A stretch of 64,000 nucleotides of DNA, from NCBI RefSeq assembly GCF_009834535.1, contig NC_045713.1, forward strand, positions 12,772,001-12,836,000, given 5' to 3'. The notes under the pieces are model-generated. The model was not told the DNA's origin and searched no databases. It saw only the letters and a list, made by a program, of their open reading frames with translations. Of this stretch, positions 47,034 to 59,600 are shown one piece after another. Position numbers and translations under genes: made by a program. Within the stretch, counting starts at the first letter, position 1, and every line of letters starts with the position of its first letter. The DNA is from Camelus ferus. Its lineage: Eukaryota.

Positions 47034-47180
47034 GATGTGGAGATAGATATTGAACTAGCTCCTGGAGATCAGACCAGCACACCCAAGACCAAAGAACTCT
47101 CTGAAAAGGACATTGGAAACCAGCTGCACATGTTAACCAACCGACACGACAAATTCCTTGACACCCTCCGCGAAGTGAAG
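47034..47180 (+). CDS. TRRAP: TRRAP exon (DVEIDIEL...TLREVK)
   Basis: ttttag|GAT acceptor, AAG|gtctgt donor (weak); 147 nt. Confidence 0.95.
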
Positions 47181-48375
47181 GTCTGTGCAGATCTGGGGGG
47201 GTAGTTGTGGTCTCCCCTCCCCCCAGCATTCTGAACAGTCCATGAACCTGTGGGACTCCCCGTTCACGGCTCGAGATGCGCATTTCTGTCGGTGGGTCTG
47301 TGGTCACTGAGTGCTTTGGCCTCTGCTAAATTGACTTGGAGCCAAGAGGCACCTGACACCCTGACTGGGATGAAGGGAGCAGCCACATGTGCTCAGGCAG
47401 GCTCGTTCCTCACGGTCTTCTTCACGGGGCAGCCTGAGTAGCAGACAAAGAGTATTCTTCACTTTAGTGTTTCCACCCGTTTTCCTTGGTTTGTGCATTT
47501 GTCATAGAGACGTGATTCCCGTCTTGGGGCTGCTGTTGGGTAAAAGGCACAGCATAACCGTGGTGCGTGCGTCTCTGGCCCTGTCTCCATCTTGGGGTGC
47601 CAGGGCCCGCGGTGGGCTGGCGAGCATGTGCCCAAGCCCCTCTGCGCCAGCTGCTTGAGGCCGTGTAGGGAGGTGGGCATCCGGGAAGCAGCTAGAAACC
47701 TGGCTGTTGAGAAGCAGTGTCTGCAGCAGATTCTTGTCAAAAGCAACAAAGCTGTGGACAAAAATCAAATGCATCTGTGGACGTGGTAGGTCCTGGGGGC
47801 CCTCGTTCCCACCCCGTTCCCACCTCGGCCCACTCACAGGGTGTTCTGGGCCAGACTGGTCCAGTCACTTCCATCTCTGGTCCACTGTCAGGTGCAGAGA
47901 CTCTGAACTGTCACGGTTCTTGATTTGTTCTCAGAATTATTCCTGTTGGCAAATCACGTAGCTCGTATGTGTGTTTCTCCTGTTTCCCCTACATATTTTC
48001 AGTAGCCTCTGCTTTGAAGGCACTTATATGCCTCTCGTCTGCATTTGTAGCACCAGCATCTTGTTCGTGCTTCTTGGACGTGGAGGAATCAGTAATAATA
48101 GGAAATGCCCTTGAAAGTTAAAAAACGTAGGCACATTGTTGGTGAGCCCCTCACCCACGCCCATGCTCAGCTGCTCAGCTCACCAGGGGTTCTGGTGCTC
48201 AGAATCTGTGTTTCACTTTGCCCTGACGTTTGTTTGGGTCAGTTTGGGAGCAGAGGGGCATCTATCTGGTGGAGTGTGGGACCGCAGTGTCCCCCGGCAC
48301 AGACGTGAGAGGCACCTGCACGGCAGGAGTTTGAGTGCGCGTAGGCCCGGCTACACCAGTCTGTTCTCCCCGCAG

Positions 48376-48495
48376 ACCGGAGCACTGCTCAGCGCCTTCG
48401 TCCAGCTGTGCCACATTTCTACCACCCTGGCAGAAAAGACGTGGGTCCAGCTTTTTCCCAGATTGTGGAAAATTCTGTCTGACAGGCAGCAGCAT
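48376..48495 (+). CDS. TRRAP: TRRAP exon (TGALLSAF...SDRQQH)
   Basis: ccgcag|ACC acceptor, CAT|gtgagt donor; 120 nt. Confidence 0.96.
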
Positions 48496-48703
48496 GTGAG
48501 TATATTTCATAAATCCTCTTTTGAAAACTGTAGTGTTTGCTTTTAATAAGTATTTGTGAGAAAAAGTGATCTTAAATTTCAAAGGATGAGGAAACTACTC
48601 TTACTTAAAAGTGAATTATCAGAAATAGCCCAGATGCCATGTGAGAGAGTAGACATGCTGATTTTTGAACAAGGACCCAAGTCACCGCGCTGCTTGGTTT
48701 CAG

Positions 48704-48991
48704 GCGCTGGCTGGGGAGATCAGTCCGTTCCTGTGCAGTGGCAGTCACCAGGTGCAGCGGGATTGTCAGCCCAGCGCCCTGAACTGCTTCGTGGAAGCCA
48801 TGTCCCAGTGTGTCCCCCCCATTCCCATCCGACCCTGCGTCCTGAAGTACTTGGGAAAAACCCACAACCTCTGGTTCCGGTCCACGCTGATGCTAGAGCA
48901 CCAGGCCTTTGAAAAAGGTCTGAGCCTGCAGATTAAGCCGAAGCAAACGACAGAGTTTTATGAGCAGGAGAGCATAACTCCACCTCAGCAG
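48704..48991 (+). CDS. TRRAP: TRRAP exon (ALAGEISP...ITPPQQ)
   Basis: tttcag|GCG acceptor, CAG|gtgagg donor; 288 nt. Confidence 0.96.
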
Positions 48992-49140
48992 GTGAGGCCT
49001 CACTGCTTTTGTCGATCACGTCTTCCTTGTCAGTGACTTCGCGTTTTCGATTTCGTTGTAAATCGTGGTACCGTGAAGTTGCTTTGCTGGGAAGAATGGT
49101 TTTGTCACGGGCACTCAGATACCGGCGTCTGTGTCCTCAG

Positions 49141-49278
49141 GAGATCCTGGACTCCCTCGCCGAGCTGTACTCCTTGTTACAAGAGGAGGACATGTGGGCG
49201 GGTCTGTGGCAGAAGCGCTGCAGGTACTCGGAGACGGCAACCGCCATCGCCTACGAGCAGCACGGCTTCTTCGAGCAG
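49141..49278 (+). CDS. TRRAP: TRRAP exon (EILDSLAE...HGFFEQ), start of FAT region
   Basis: cctcag|GAG acceptor, CAG|gtagcg donor; 138 nt. Confidence 0.96.
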
Positions 49279-49952
49279 GTAGCGCTGCCGGCGGCGGGGG
49301 CGGCCGCGGGAAGGCCGCTGCTGGCCGCGCTTTGCTGTCGCGTCCTCAAGTCAGGTCACACTCAAATAGAAGTTTGCTGTTTATTGGGAGCATTTATTTA
49401 TCCTACACATAGAGGCTCTTTGATCGAGGTCTCAGTTTAAGAGAAATGTGCATATGTGACATGAACATTTTTAGAGCTCTGTCTTGAATCCCTTACTGTC
49501 AGCTGCTCACGTGAATGCTTTTTATTTGCAGTCCTTGGTCCTGAGGGAAGGGTAGGTAGGTTGTGTCTAGTGTAAGACTAACCTTGTACCGGTCCTTTTG
49601 CTGCAGTAGGGTCACTGTCACAGGTGCAGTCACCGCCCTGTGTGGGACACTGAGCACAGACACTCCAGCAGCAAAGGCACGGGCTGTGGCCCCTGCTTTC
49701 ATTACCACCGAGGATGGAGAGTGAATGTGGGTCTGGGCAGAGTCTGCTCCTTCCCTTCTGTGCAGGGAACTGTGCACCTGCCTCCTCCCACTCTCCTGTG
49801 TTCTGAGTGAAGAATTTGGGGTGTCAGGTGACCTGAGAGAAGAGCATGAGACACTCCTAGGTCTGGGATCCGGCTTGTCCTCAGTCACTGGGCAGTGGTC
49901 ATACAGAGGTTCTGGTTAAACAGCCGTGTGAAAGCATTATTAACTTTTTTAG

Positions 49953-50065
49953 GCACAAGAATCCTATGAAAAGGCAATGGATAAAGCCAAAAAAGAACAT
50001 GAGAGGAGTAATGCATCTCCCGCTATTTTCCCAGAGTACCAGCTTTGGGAGGACCACTGGATTCG
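49953..50065 (+). CDS. TRRAP: TRRAP exon (AQESYEKA...EDHWIR)
   Basis: ttttag|GCA acceptor, TCG|gtaagc donor; 113 nt, ends phase 2. Confidence 0.96.
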
Positions 50066-50492
50066 GTAAGCTGAACGTGATGTGTTCAAAGGTCAGCTAA
50101 GGGGACCAGTGAAAAGTCTCCAATGTACTCTCACGAGTATTTTTAAAAGGGATCTTTGCTACTTTCTTTATGGCCCCAAAGGAAAGAACAAACAAAAATC
50201 TGCGCATAGCTGTCAAGTCTTGAGTCACTGAGAGTGTGCTGGAGAAACAGTAAAACGAGCTCAGATTCCAGGGCTCTGAGCTCCCCGCTGTGGGCAGGGG
50301 GCGGGGGGGCTCTCACTGCCTCAGGGGAGTGGTTTCCTGGGGCACGTCAGCATCCCGCAGAAGCCTCCCTTCTTTGTGTGGGCAGCAGTTTCTTTTTCCT
50401 TCTGTGGATTGGAAGTGAATGGCTAGATCCTGTCTTCTGCCCTTTCTGAGTCTGTGTGGTAACTGAGTTGGTCCCGAATCCATGGTCTCTAG

Positions 50493-50628
50493 GTGCTCCA
50501 AGGAGTTGAACCAGTGGGAAGCCCTGACAGAATACGGCCAGTCCAAAGGTCACATCAACCCTTACCTCGTCCTGGAGTGTGCTTGGCGGGTGTCCAACTG
50601 GACCGCCATGAAGGAGGCCTTGGTGCAG
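50493..50628 (+). CDS. TRRAP: TRRAP exon (RCSKELNQ...KEALVQ)
   Basis: ctctag|G acceptor, CAG|gtgaga donor; 136 nt. Confidence 0.96.
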
Positions 50629-50781
50629 GTGAGACGTTCCTCCTGCCTCCCAGGGACACATCCACTCTCAGGTTGTAGTCTCTGCAGCCACATGGGTCTC
50701 TTCGGCCAAAGTCATGAACCTCTGGAGATTTCCCTTCACTTGCAGCAAGCTGGGTGTTTTGGCAGATGAAAGATAGCCTCA

Positions 50782-52362
50782 CTTTCTCTTTCTGGTTTAT
50801 TTCACTTAGAATGACCATCTCCAGAGCCATCCACGTTGCTGCAAATGGCATTATTTTATTATTTTTATGGCTGAGTAGTATTCCACTGTATAAATATACC
50901 ACACCTTCTTTATCTAATCATCTGTCGACGGACATTTAGGTTGTTTCCGTGTCTTGGCTATTGTGAATAATGCTGCTGTGAACATTGGGGTGCAGGTATC
51001 TTTTTGAATTAAGGTTTCCTCTGGATATATGCCCAGGGGTGGGATTGCTGGATCATAGACTTACCATATTTTTAGTCTTTTGAGGAGTCTCCATACTGTT
51101 TTCCACAGTGGCTGCACCAAACTGCATTCCACCGACAGTGTAGGAGGGTTCCCCTTTTCTCCACAGCCTCTCCAGCATTTATCATTTGTGGACTTCTGAA
51201 TGATGGCCATTCTGACTAGTGTGAGGTGATACCTGATTATAGTTTTGATTTGCATCTCTGATAATTAGCAATATTGGACATTTTTTCATATGCCTATGGC
51301 TGTTTGTGTTCATTGGAGAATTGCTTGTTTAGTTCTTCTGCCCATTTTTTTGGTTTGGGTTGTTTGTTTTTTTCTTATTAAGTCATATGAGCTGGAAATT
51401 AAGCCCTTGTCAGTCTCATCTTTTGCAAATATTTTCTCCCTTTCTGTAGGTTGTCTTTTTGTTTTGCTTATGGTTTCCTTTGCTGTGCAAAAGTTTGTAA
51501 GTTTAATTAGGTCCCATTTGTTTATTTTTGCTTATATTTCTATTGCTTGGGTAGACTGCTCTAGGAGAACATTGCTGAGATGTATGTCAGATAATGTTTT
51601 GCCTGTGTTTTCTTCTAGGAGGTTTATTGTGTCTTGTCTTATGTTTAAGTCTTTGATCCATTTTGAGTTTATTTTTGTGTGTGGTGTGAGGGAGTGTGCT
51701 AACTTCATTGATTTCCATGCTTCTGTCCAGTTTTCCCAACACCATTTGCTGAAGAGACTGTCTTTATTCCATTGTATGTTCTTGCCTCCTTTGTCAAAGA
51801 TTAATTGACCCAAAGTTTGTGGGTTCATTTCTGGGCTCTCTATTCTGTTCCATTGATCCATAAGTCTGTTTTTATACCAATACCAATACATGCTGTTTTG
51901 ATTACTGTAACTCTGTAGTATTGTCTGAAGTCTGGGAGGGTTATTCCTCCAGCTTCATTCTTTTTCTTTAGTAATGCCTTAGCAATTCTGGGTCTTTTGT
52001 GATTCCATATAAATTTTAGTATGATTTGTTCTAGTTCTGTGAAAAATGTCCTGGGTAATTTGATAGGGATCGCATTAAATCTGTAGATTGCTTTGGGTAG
52101 TATGGCCATTTTGACAATATTAATTCTTCTAATCCAAGAACATGAGATATCTTTCCATTTCTTTCAGTCATCTTTAATTTTCTTAGTCAGCAATTTGTAG
52201 TTCTCCACATGTAAGTCTTTCACTTCTTTAGTCAGATTTATTCCTAAGTGTTTAATTTTTTTGGATGCAGTTTTAAAAGGGATTATTTCTTTACTTTCCT
52301 CTTCTGATGTTTCATTGTTAGTATAAAGAAATGCTACTGATTTCTGTATGTTGATCTTGTAT
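50782..52362 (-). mobile_element. LINE-1 ORF2 3' fragment (about 1.6 kb, antisense, frameshifted)
   Basis: Minus-strand ORFs [78 protein letters not shown] are L1 ORF2 RT and C-terminal peptides. Confidence 0.95.
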
Positions 52363-52829
52363 GACAGTAAAATTTTTGAATGTTCACTCACATTTTTATA
52401 AACCTGAATTGCTGCTTTCTGTCTACTTCCTTATATAATATGGAACAAGTTAGGTCAGTTTCCCAGGATAACAATGTGACTTGGAGATGATTTAAAAGAT
52501 GAGCACATATTTAATAATTTGAAAATTCACCTGCTGACTTTGTTGATCAGTTTCCCCCTTTTTGGAAATACCAGTGACCTTAAAGCAAGGAGCTTGTGGC
52601 ATGCCTTTGTAGCTGGAGAGATTGGCCACTCACTGGGATTTGGAAAAGGAGAGTATCCCGAAGAAATCTAAATGCAAGCTTCTCAGAAAAAAATGTGTCT
52701 GTTTATAGCTTAATTTCTGTTTTTTGCTTTGTATAATCGGCTGCACAAAAATTGACTTCACTTTTTGACTGTCACCACTGAGACAGTGGTATACCTGTTG
52801 CTTCCTATGTAATGTTCTTTCACCACCAG

Positions 52830-53021
52830 GTAGAAGTGAGTTGTCCAAAGGAGATGGCTTGGAAGGTCAACATGTACCGTGGGTACCTGGCTATCTGCCA
52901 CCCCGAGGAGCAGCAGCTCAGCTTCATCGAGCGCCTGGTGGAAATGGCCAGCAGCCTGGCCATCCGCGAGTGGCGGCGGCTGCCCCACGTGGTGTCCCAC
53001 GTGCACACGCCTCTTCTTCAG
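52830..53021 (+). CDS. TRRAP: TRRAP exon (VEVSCPKE...HTPLLQ)
   Basis: caccag|GTA acceptor, CAG|gtgggt donor; 192 nt. Confidence 0.96.
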
Positions 53022-55189
53022 GTGGGTACGGTGCCCTTGTGGGAGCACAGCCTCACGGGCCCGTCAGTGGAGCACCTCCTGTCCAGGCTTAGGTCTGTAA
53101 GCTGAGCAGGCCGGAAGAGAGGGAACTCCTTCCACTTGTCCTTTCCCATTTAAAATCGTCCTCAGAGAAAGGAAGGCTAGAGTCAAAATGGAGAGAACTG
53201 AAATGATGCTTCTCAGTTTGGGAGCTTCCATGGGATCTAAGCAACAGACCATTCTCAGAAGTGATTCTGACGATTTTCACTTTTGCTTTAGAAATGTTCT
53301 GTAATGCCCACCGCACAGCATCAGCGTGACGCCCCTGTCCAGCCCAGAAAGCCTCTCATCCTCTGAGGCTCTTACAGCTGCAGTTAGACTGTGCCTTGGC
53401 TTCTTCCCTTGTGTATCGTCTTCCCTGCTTCTGAGTTCGTTCAGCCACGCAAGCCATTCAGTGGCTCAAATCTAAAGGCCTACCCTCCCACGGCCCCTTG
53501 TGCACGCTGCCCCGCTCCACGGGACGTGTTTTCCCCCCGACCCAGCCCCTGCGTACACGCGCACACACTCCAGGGGCTCTGCCAGCTTTTTTCCTCTTAC
53601 CTGGTACCTCACCTGGAGCAGCTTCCAGGGTTATTCAGTGAGTAAAACTGTAGGCTGATGTTGTAACAGAAGTTCAGGAAGGTCATACTTCCCCTGCTTT
53701 AAAGAATAGTTTTGAGACTTTAACTGGTAAATTCATTTTTATAGTTAGTGTATAAATAGGCTTTTTTAAGTTATGTAGTTGTTTATTAATATACTTAGAT
53801 TATCTTGTCTTCTTCATAGTGAACCAGAAGTTCATTGAAGCAGTTAGTCTCTTACTTTGTTTCGATGCTTTTCATTTCTGTATCTGTTATTTGTGGCTTT
53901 TGCTCAAGGTGTGCACTAATGTTACTTTGCAGGTGTGTAACGTCTCTAATCTAGGTTACTAAAACAGTCTAAAGCTTTGTATTTAAAGAGGACTTTTTCC
54001 TTCATATCCTAAAAGTGCAAAGGTGGGTCGCATGTTGTAGCTATTAGGAAGAAAGTTACTACATTGAACATAGGAAAAAGGTGTCAATTCAAGAAATATT
54101 CATTATGAATGACTGAGTATTATTATGATTGAATGACTGAGTAGCATTGTGAATGAATAACAGTTATGAATAACTAAGTAGAAATTATTACATAGTTACA
54201 TATTCAAAGCATGGAGTATAAAATGTAGTATTTCAGACAATCTTGATTCAAGTATTCTGGAAGTGATTAAAGGCACTTGCGTATCTGTTCCACTGCTTTG
54301 GTCATGGCTGATCCTCAGTAAATATCTTTGATTAGCTTGGTTATAAAGCTGACTGCATTTAGAGATGGTTCCCACCTCCCCGTTAAAGTCAAACAGAAGA
54401 GTACCGAGTACTGAACTTGGCGCTGTTTGAGACATTCACACAATTTAAAAACATATTCTGGCTCAATGGAGCATGTAGCTGGAGGGAGATGATGACACAT
54501 CCATAAGAAGCAAAATTTAAAGGAAGAGGGAGTCTGTGACTCAGGGCCACACGGCAGCACAGGAAAGAAGCACAGGGTTTAGAGAAGGGAAAACCCCTGT
54601 GGGAGGGGAAGGTGGGACCTGACGGGTAGAGTTTGAATAGGCTCAGAGCTGTGGCCGGGGCATCCCGTAAGGAGGTGGAGCCGGCAGCACACTTGGGGTT
54701 TAAAGGGTGGTGAACTGGACAGATCTGTAGGGATGTGATGGAAGATGCATGTATCAGCCCCAGGAGTCATTAGAACTGTGTCCTAAGATGCTCACTATGG
54801 CTCTGAGGGTCACACGTTAATGGAAGGAAAGCTTGAAGGCCGAGGGTGAGGTTGTTCTGGTCTGACATTGATAGAGCCACACTTGGCTGGTGGCAAAGGG
54901 GGTGGAAAAGAGGGTTGTTGGGGTGAGGTGGGGCGGGCGGTGTATACACCTTTGCCCTCCCAGTCCCCGGCTTCACAGCACCTGCGGAGTTCAGGGGAGC
55001 CTGAGAGCGGCGTCTGAGGTGTGGGTAAGTCAGGTGTGGCATCCGAGGCATCTGAAGAAGCCCCATGCTTCCTGCAGTAACTGAGCCGTGGGGCTTCCCA
55101 GCAGTCAGGCTCCTGATGGACTCTGGCTGGTTCCCTCGCTCACCCTCACCCAGCGCTCACTGTCGGCTCTTCACACTGGTCCCCTGCAG

Positions 55190-55418
55190 GCAGCGCAGCA
55201 GATCATTGAACTTCAGGAAGCTGCACAGATAAACGCAGGCTTGCAGCCTAGCAACCTGGGGAGGAACAACAGCCTGCACGACATGAAGACGGTGGTGAAG
55301 ACCTGGAGGAACCGGCTGCCTATCGTGTCGGACGACTTGTCCCACTGGAGCAGCGTCTTCATGTGGAGGCAGCATCATTACCAGGGTAAACCTACCTGGT
55401 CCGGCATGCATTCATCAT
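55190..55418 (+). CDS. TRRAP: TRRAP exon (AAQQIIEL...QHHYQ) with alternative donors at 55385 (short) and 55418 (adds GKPTWSGMHSS)
   Basis: ctgcag|GCA acceptor; donors AGG|gtaaac and CAT|gtaatt are 33 nt apart, both phase 1. Confidence 0.93.
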
Positions 55419-56014
55419 GTAATTTTCCAGACACCCCACTGTTCTGGTTTCATGTCTTGGTTGTGTTTTGTTTTTTCCCTTTTACCAGATTTTCTATTTT
55501 TTGGCAGGTATGGTAGATGGTGGTTGGTATGACGAGGGTAAGGAGGAAGGGGGTGAAGGTGGGAGGAAGTCCCCGTCCCTGTTGCCTTTTTCCAGCCAGA
55601 ACAGACTTGCTGGACACTGCCTGTTGCAGGGGGCGCAGGCCCATGGGGTCGGAGCTGTGGGTTGTGGCCCTCTGTGTTTTGAAGCCCCCCGAGGAAGAGC
55701 TGCTCTCAGGTGGCAGTGAGCGGCCTTCCCAGTTTCCCTGATCCTCGCTGCTCCTCCCCTAAACCTGTCAGGCGTCTGTTGAGAGCCACCTTCGTGTTTT
55801 AGTTAGCCAGGATGCTAGCGCTCAGCTTGGTAATTGGTGCTTCTTGTATCTTACTTTTGATGCAGAATACAGGGAAAAGTAATGAGGATTTATCACAGAG
55901 CTTCCCATTTTCATAAGCCATGTGTTTGTTTTTCATTTTTTACTTAAGCCTTAGTTGTGGAACACTTTGAACGGCATTTGACTTGGGCTGAGAACCCATT
56001 TCTTTGCTCTCTAG

Positions 56015-56280
56015 CTATTGTAACTGCGTATGAGAATAGTTCTCAGCATGATCCAAGCTCAAATAACGCTATGCTGGGGGTTCACGCATCGGCTTCAGCA
56101 ATCATCCAGTATGGGAAAATCGCCCGCAAGCAGGGACTGGTCAATGTGGCTCTGGACATATTAAGTCGCATTCATACTATTCCAACCGTTCCCATCGTGG
56201 ACTGCTTCCAGAAGATTCGGCAGCAAGTCAAGTGCTACCTCCAGCTGGCAGGTGTCATGGGGAAGAATGAGTGTATGCAG
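56015..56280 (+). CDS. TRRAP: TRRAP exon (IVTAYENS...KNECMQ)
   Basis: ctctag|CT acceptor, CAG|gtagcg donor; 266 nt. Confidence 0.96.
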
Positions 56281-56861
56281 GTAGCGTGTCAGGGGACCCG
56301 GCGCCCGGCCGCGCCCCGAGGTCTGGGAGGAGGGGCAGGGCCGCATGGAGATTGCCAATGCCCCCTGGGGAGGAGGGCTGGGGCTGCACAGACACAGCCT
56401 GCGTCATGGGGAAGAGTCCTGCCCAAGCAGGGGAGGGACAGGAAGCCACTTGAGTATTTGGATTGCATTTGGTGGTCTCGCTTCTACCGTATACGTGGTT
56501 AATATTAAGGAAAGAAAACTTAAAACTGCGGGATTGTGAGGGTATCTCGTAGATTTTGGCCATGTTCAGAGGGATGTTAATAAAAACATTGAAACTGACT
56601 AAATACATAAAGCTTTGGAGAAAATGATACCCTTAAGGTGTCTAGAACTGAACTTGGCATTTAGTGATTCAGTTTAAATACTACTTAAGTAAATCGTCAG
56701 TCAGTCAGTAAGTATTCACGGTAGACAGATCTGTTGTCAGTTTAAAGTATATTTGTCAATGGCCTTTGGGACTTACTGCCTAGATCAATATTTTAATGAG
56801 GTTTTTATATTACTGTCTAGAAATTTCAAGACATTCTTTTCTGTTGTTTTTTTATAAACAG

Positions 56862-56962
56862 GGCCTTGAAGTTATTGAATCTACAAACTTAAAATATTTC
56901 ACAAAAGAGATGACAGCTGAATTTTATGCACTGAAGGGAATGTTCTTGGCTCAGATCAACAA
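56862..56962 (+). CDS. TRRAP: TRRAP exon (GLEVIEST...LAQINK)
   Basis: aaacag|GGC acceptor, CAA|gtatgt donor; 101 nt, ends phase 2. Confidence 0.96.
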
Positions 56963-57188
56963 GTATGTATGTTGTGTAGGTGGAGGATAAGAGAAAAACT
57001 CATCAGATTATTTGAATAGTTATTTATAACTTGAAGCCAACATGAAGGTCAGGCTAGAAATTGGTATGATTTAGTGTTATCAGGGGTGGCATTTCAGACA
57101 TTGTGCCTCTATGAAGACAGTACCTGGCAGCAGATTGACAAGCCCGTTTGATCTGTAGTGCTTAAAGCTTTTTAAAAGTGAAGTGCTT

Positions 57189-57291
57189 GAGGGGAAGGAT
57201 ATAGCTCGGTGGCAGAGCACATGCTTAGCATGCACAGGGTCCTGGGTTCAATCCAGTACCTCGATTAAAATAAATAAATAAAAGAAAAAAA
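57189..57291 (+). mobile_element. tRNA-Ala-derived SINE (Vic-1 type)
   Basis: GGGGAAGGATATAGCTCGGTGGCAGAG...TTAGCATGCACAGGGTCCTGGGTTCAATCC plus (TAAA)n tail; degenerate TSD aaaagtgaagtgcttga / aaaaatgagttgcatga. Confidence 0.88.
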
Positions 57292-57384
57292 TGAGTTGCA
57301 TGAACACTGAGTTGCTGATAACGTGTTCTTAGCATGCCACTTTGGAACAGAGTTGATTCCTTTTACGGAGATTATTCTTAGAGC

Positions 57385-58005
57385 TGGGGTCAGTCAGCTG
57401 TAAAACAGTGCGTTGGGTCCTCAAAAACTATAACCATAGACCTATCACGTGACCCAGCAATTGTGTTCTGAGGTTTTTACCCAAAAGAATCAAAAACGGG
57501 ACTCAGGCAGGTACTTGCTCATGAATGTTCATGGCAGCACTGTTTCCTGTAGCCAAAATACTGAATTAACTGAAATGAACAGATGAACAAAACGTGGTAT
57601 ATACACACAGTGGGGTGTTATTCAGCGTAACAAGGAGTGAAGTACTGGCATGTAGTGCAGCGGGGGTGGACCTCAGAGACACTCTGCTAAACGGAAGAGT
57701 CCAGACCAAAACTCACATCATGTGTGAGTCTGCTAACGTGAAGTACGCAGAGTAGGGAAATCTGTAGAGACAAGAAGCGCGCTGGTGCCCGCAGGGGCTG
57801 GAGGTTGAGGGGGTGGAGAGTGACTACTTACTGGTTAAGGGTTTTCTTTGGGTAATGAAAATGTTCTGGACCACACCAAATGGTGTGGAATTACCAAATG
57901 CCATGGAATTACTCACTTTAAAACGGTTGGTTTTAAACCAAATGCCATGGAATTACTCACTTTAAAACGGTTGGTTTTATATGATGTGATGTCCACCTAA
58001 AAAAC
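57385..58005 (+). mobile_element. L1MB-type 3' end (sense)
   Basis: gacccagcaattg..., gaatgttcatggcagcactgtt, aaaacgtggtatatacacacagtgg, gaaaatgttctgga, cactttaaaacggtt...ttttatatgatgtga. Confidence 0.8.
57893..57979 (+). repeat. Perfect 43-nt tandem duplication (period 44)
   Basis: accaaatgccatggaattactcactttaaaacggttggtttta at 57893-57935 and 57937-57979. Confidence 0.95.
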
Positions 58006-58032
58006 TCATGTTTCGGTTTTGTGTCCTCACAG

Positions 58033-58234
58033 GTCTGAGGAAGCAAACAAAGCCTTTTCTGCAGCTGTGCAGATGCATGACGTGCTGGTGAAGGCCTGGG
58101 CCATGTGGGGTGACTACCTGGAGAACATCTTTGTCAAGGAGCGGCAGCTGCATCTCGGAGTGTCTGCCATCACCTGTTACCTGCACGCCTGCCGGCATCA
58201 AAATGAGAGCAAATCTAGAAAATACTTAGCCAAG
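58033..58234 (+). CDS. TRRAP: TRRAP exon (SEEANKAF...RKYLAK)
   Basis: tcacag|G acceptor, AAG|gtgaga donor; 202 nt. Confidence 0.96.
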
Positions 58235-59435
58235 GTGAGACAGAGAATTAGCTTCGACCAAAGACCATCTGGAAGCCTTCAAGTCTGCATGGAAATTCAG
58301 CTACATACTAATCTGTGCTGGGTTCAAGGCGTTACTTCATGCCTTATCTGTCAGTTCCCTTCATTCCTCAGAGTATAGTCCATGGTTCTACTTTAAGGCT
58401 GAAAAGTTGAGGCCTGGATATACTTGGGGTCAGAGGACTTTGAAGCAGCAAAACTGAGCTTGAAGTCTGAGTCTTAGGACTCAAGGCCAGTGTTCTCTGT
58501 GGGATCTCACACTGGACACACATTCCTGTAGGCTGATGGGGGTCTGCAAGGAGAACTTACCTGCTAAGACACCCGTTAGAGTCTGGCCTCTCACCTGCGG
58601 GGACCATGCACACAGTCACGGAGCGGTCAGCCCTAGTCACAGGCGACACCGAATCGCACAATCTCCGCACACTTGCAGGGTGAGGTCTCAGTCCTCGGGG
58701 TCCTTGTCCATGGTGCCCCAGAGTAGCGCCGGGCACCAGGTCCCTACTGACATGTGCCAACAGGTGATCCCTCCCAGGAGACACATAAATGCAACCCAGA
58801 GGCGGTCCTTTCAGAAAACTTAAGAATTCTTAAGTTGTTGTGCTTTTGTCCATGAAAGGTTAGGATTTTTTAGATTCCTTGGTTTAATGTCAAAGTTCGA
58901 CTTGAACATTAGCACCTAGTAGTTAAAGCAACTGTAGAAACAAACCAACTATAGTAACACTGACCCCCTCACGGTCTGAGTCCAGATTTGCTGACTTGTA
59001 GATGGAATTGTTTCAGACAGCTGCAGATGCCGGGCTGCCACCACGGGGCCTGCCTGGTGCTAGGGTGATGTTCACCTGGAATTTTTAGCTAAAGTCCATT
59101 TTGTTCTGCTGAGATGACAGTGTGAAGCAGCAGGCGGACGGGCCCTTGGTGTCACCTGTTGCCTCCTTGAGGTCACACTGGCCACCACTAGCCAGGTGAT
59201 GGGATCAGTTAGTAATTGGCTTTAAAGCTAAATCTAGATGAAAACTGTATTTACATTTTCATTTTAATTTGTAAGATTTATATCTAAATTTAGCGGTGCT
59301 TTTGGACTTTTTGCAGATCTTTTCCCACGGTGCCAGTAAAGCTACTCTTATACAGAATTTTAATGTTGGGGAGAAGTCACTTGGTGAGAGCCTGTGAATT
59401 TTTATTCAACTCTAAAGCTTTCCCTTCCATCTTAG

Positions 59436-59600
59436 GTGCTGTGGCTCCTGAGTTTTGATGATGACAAGAATACCCTGGCAGATGCTGTGGACAAGTACTG
59501 CATTGGCGTGCCACCCATCCAGTGGCTGGCCTGGATCCCACAGCTGCTCACCTGTCTGGTCGGCTCCGAGGGGAAGCTGCTTTTGAACCTCATTAGCCAG
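59436..59600 (+). CDS. TRRAP: TRRAP exon (VLWLLSFD...LNLISQ)
   Basis: tcttag|GTG acceptor, CAG|gtggga donor; 165 nt. Confidence 0.96.

Noticed and set aside
54103-54180. Degenerate repeats of gaatgactgagta / gaataac
   Set aside because: Short, irregular slippage repeats in AT-rich intron, not a regular array.
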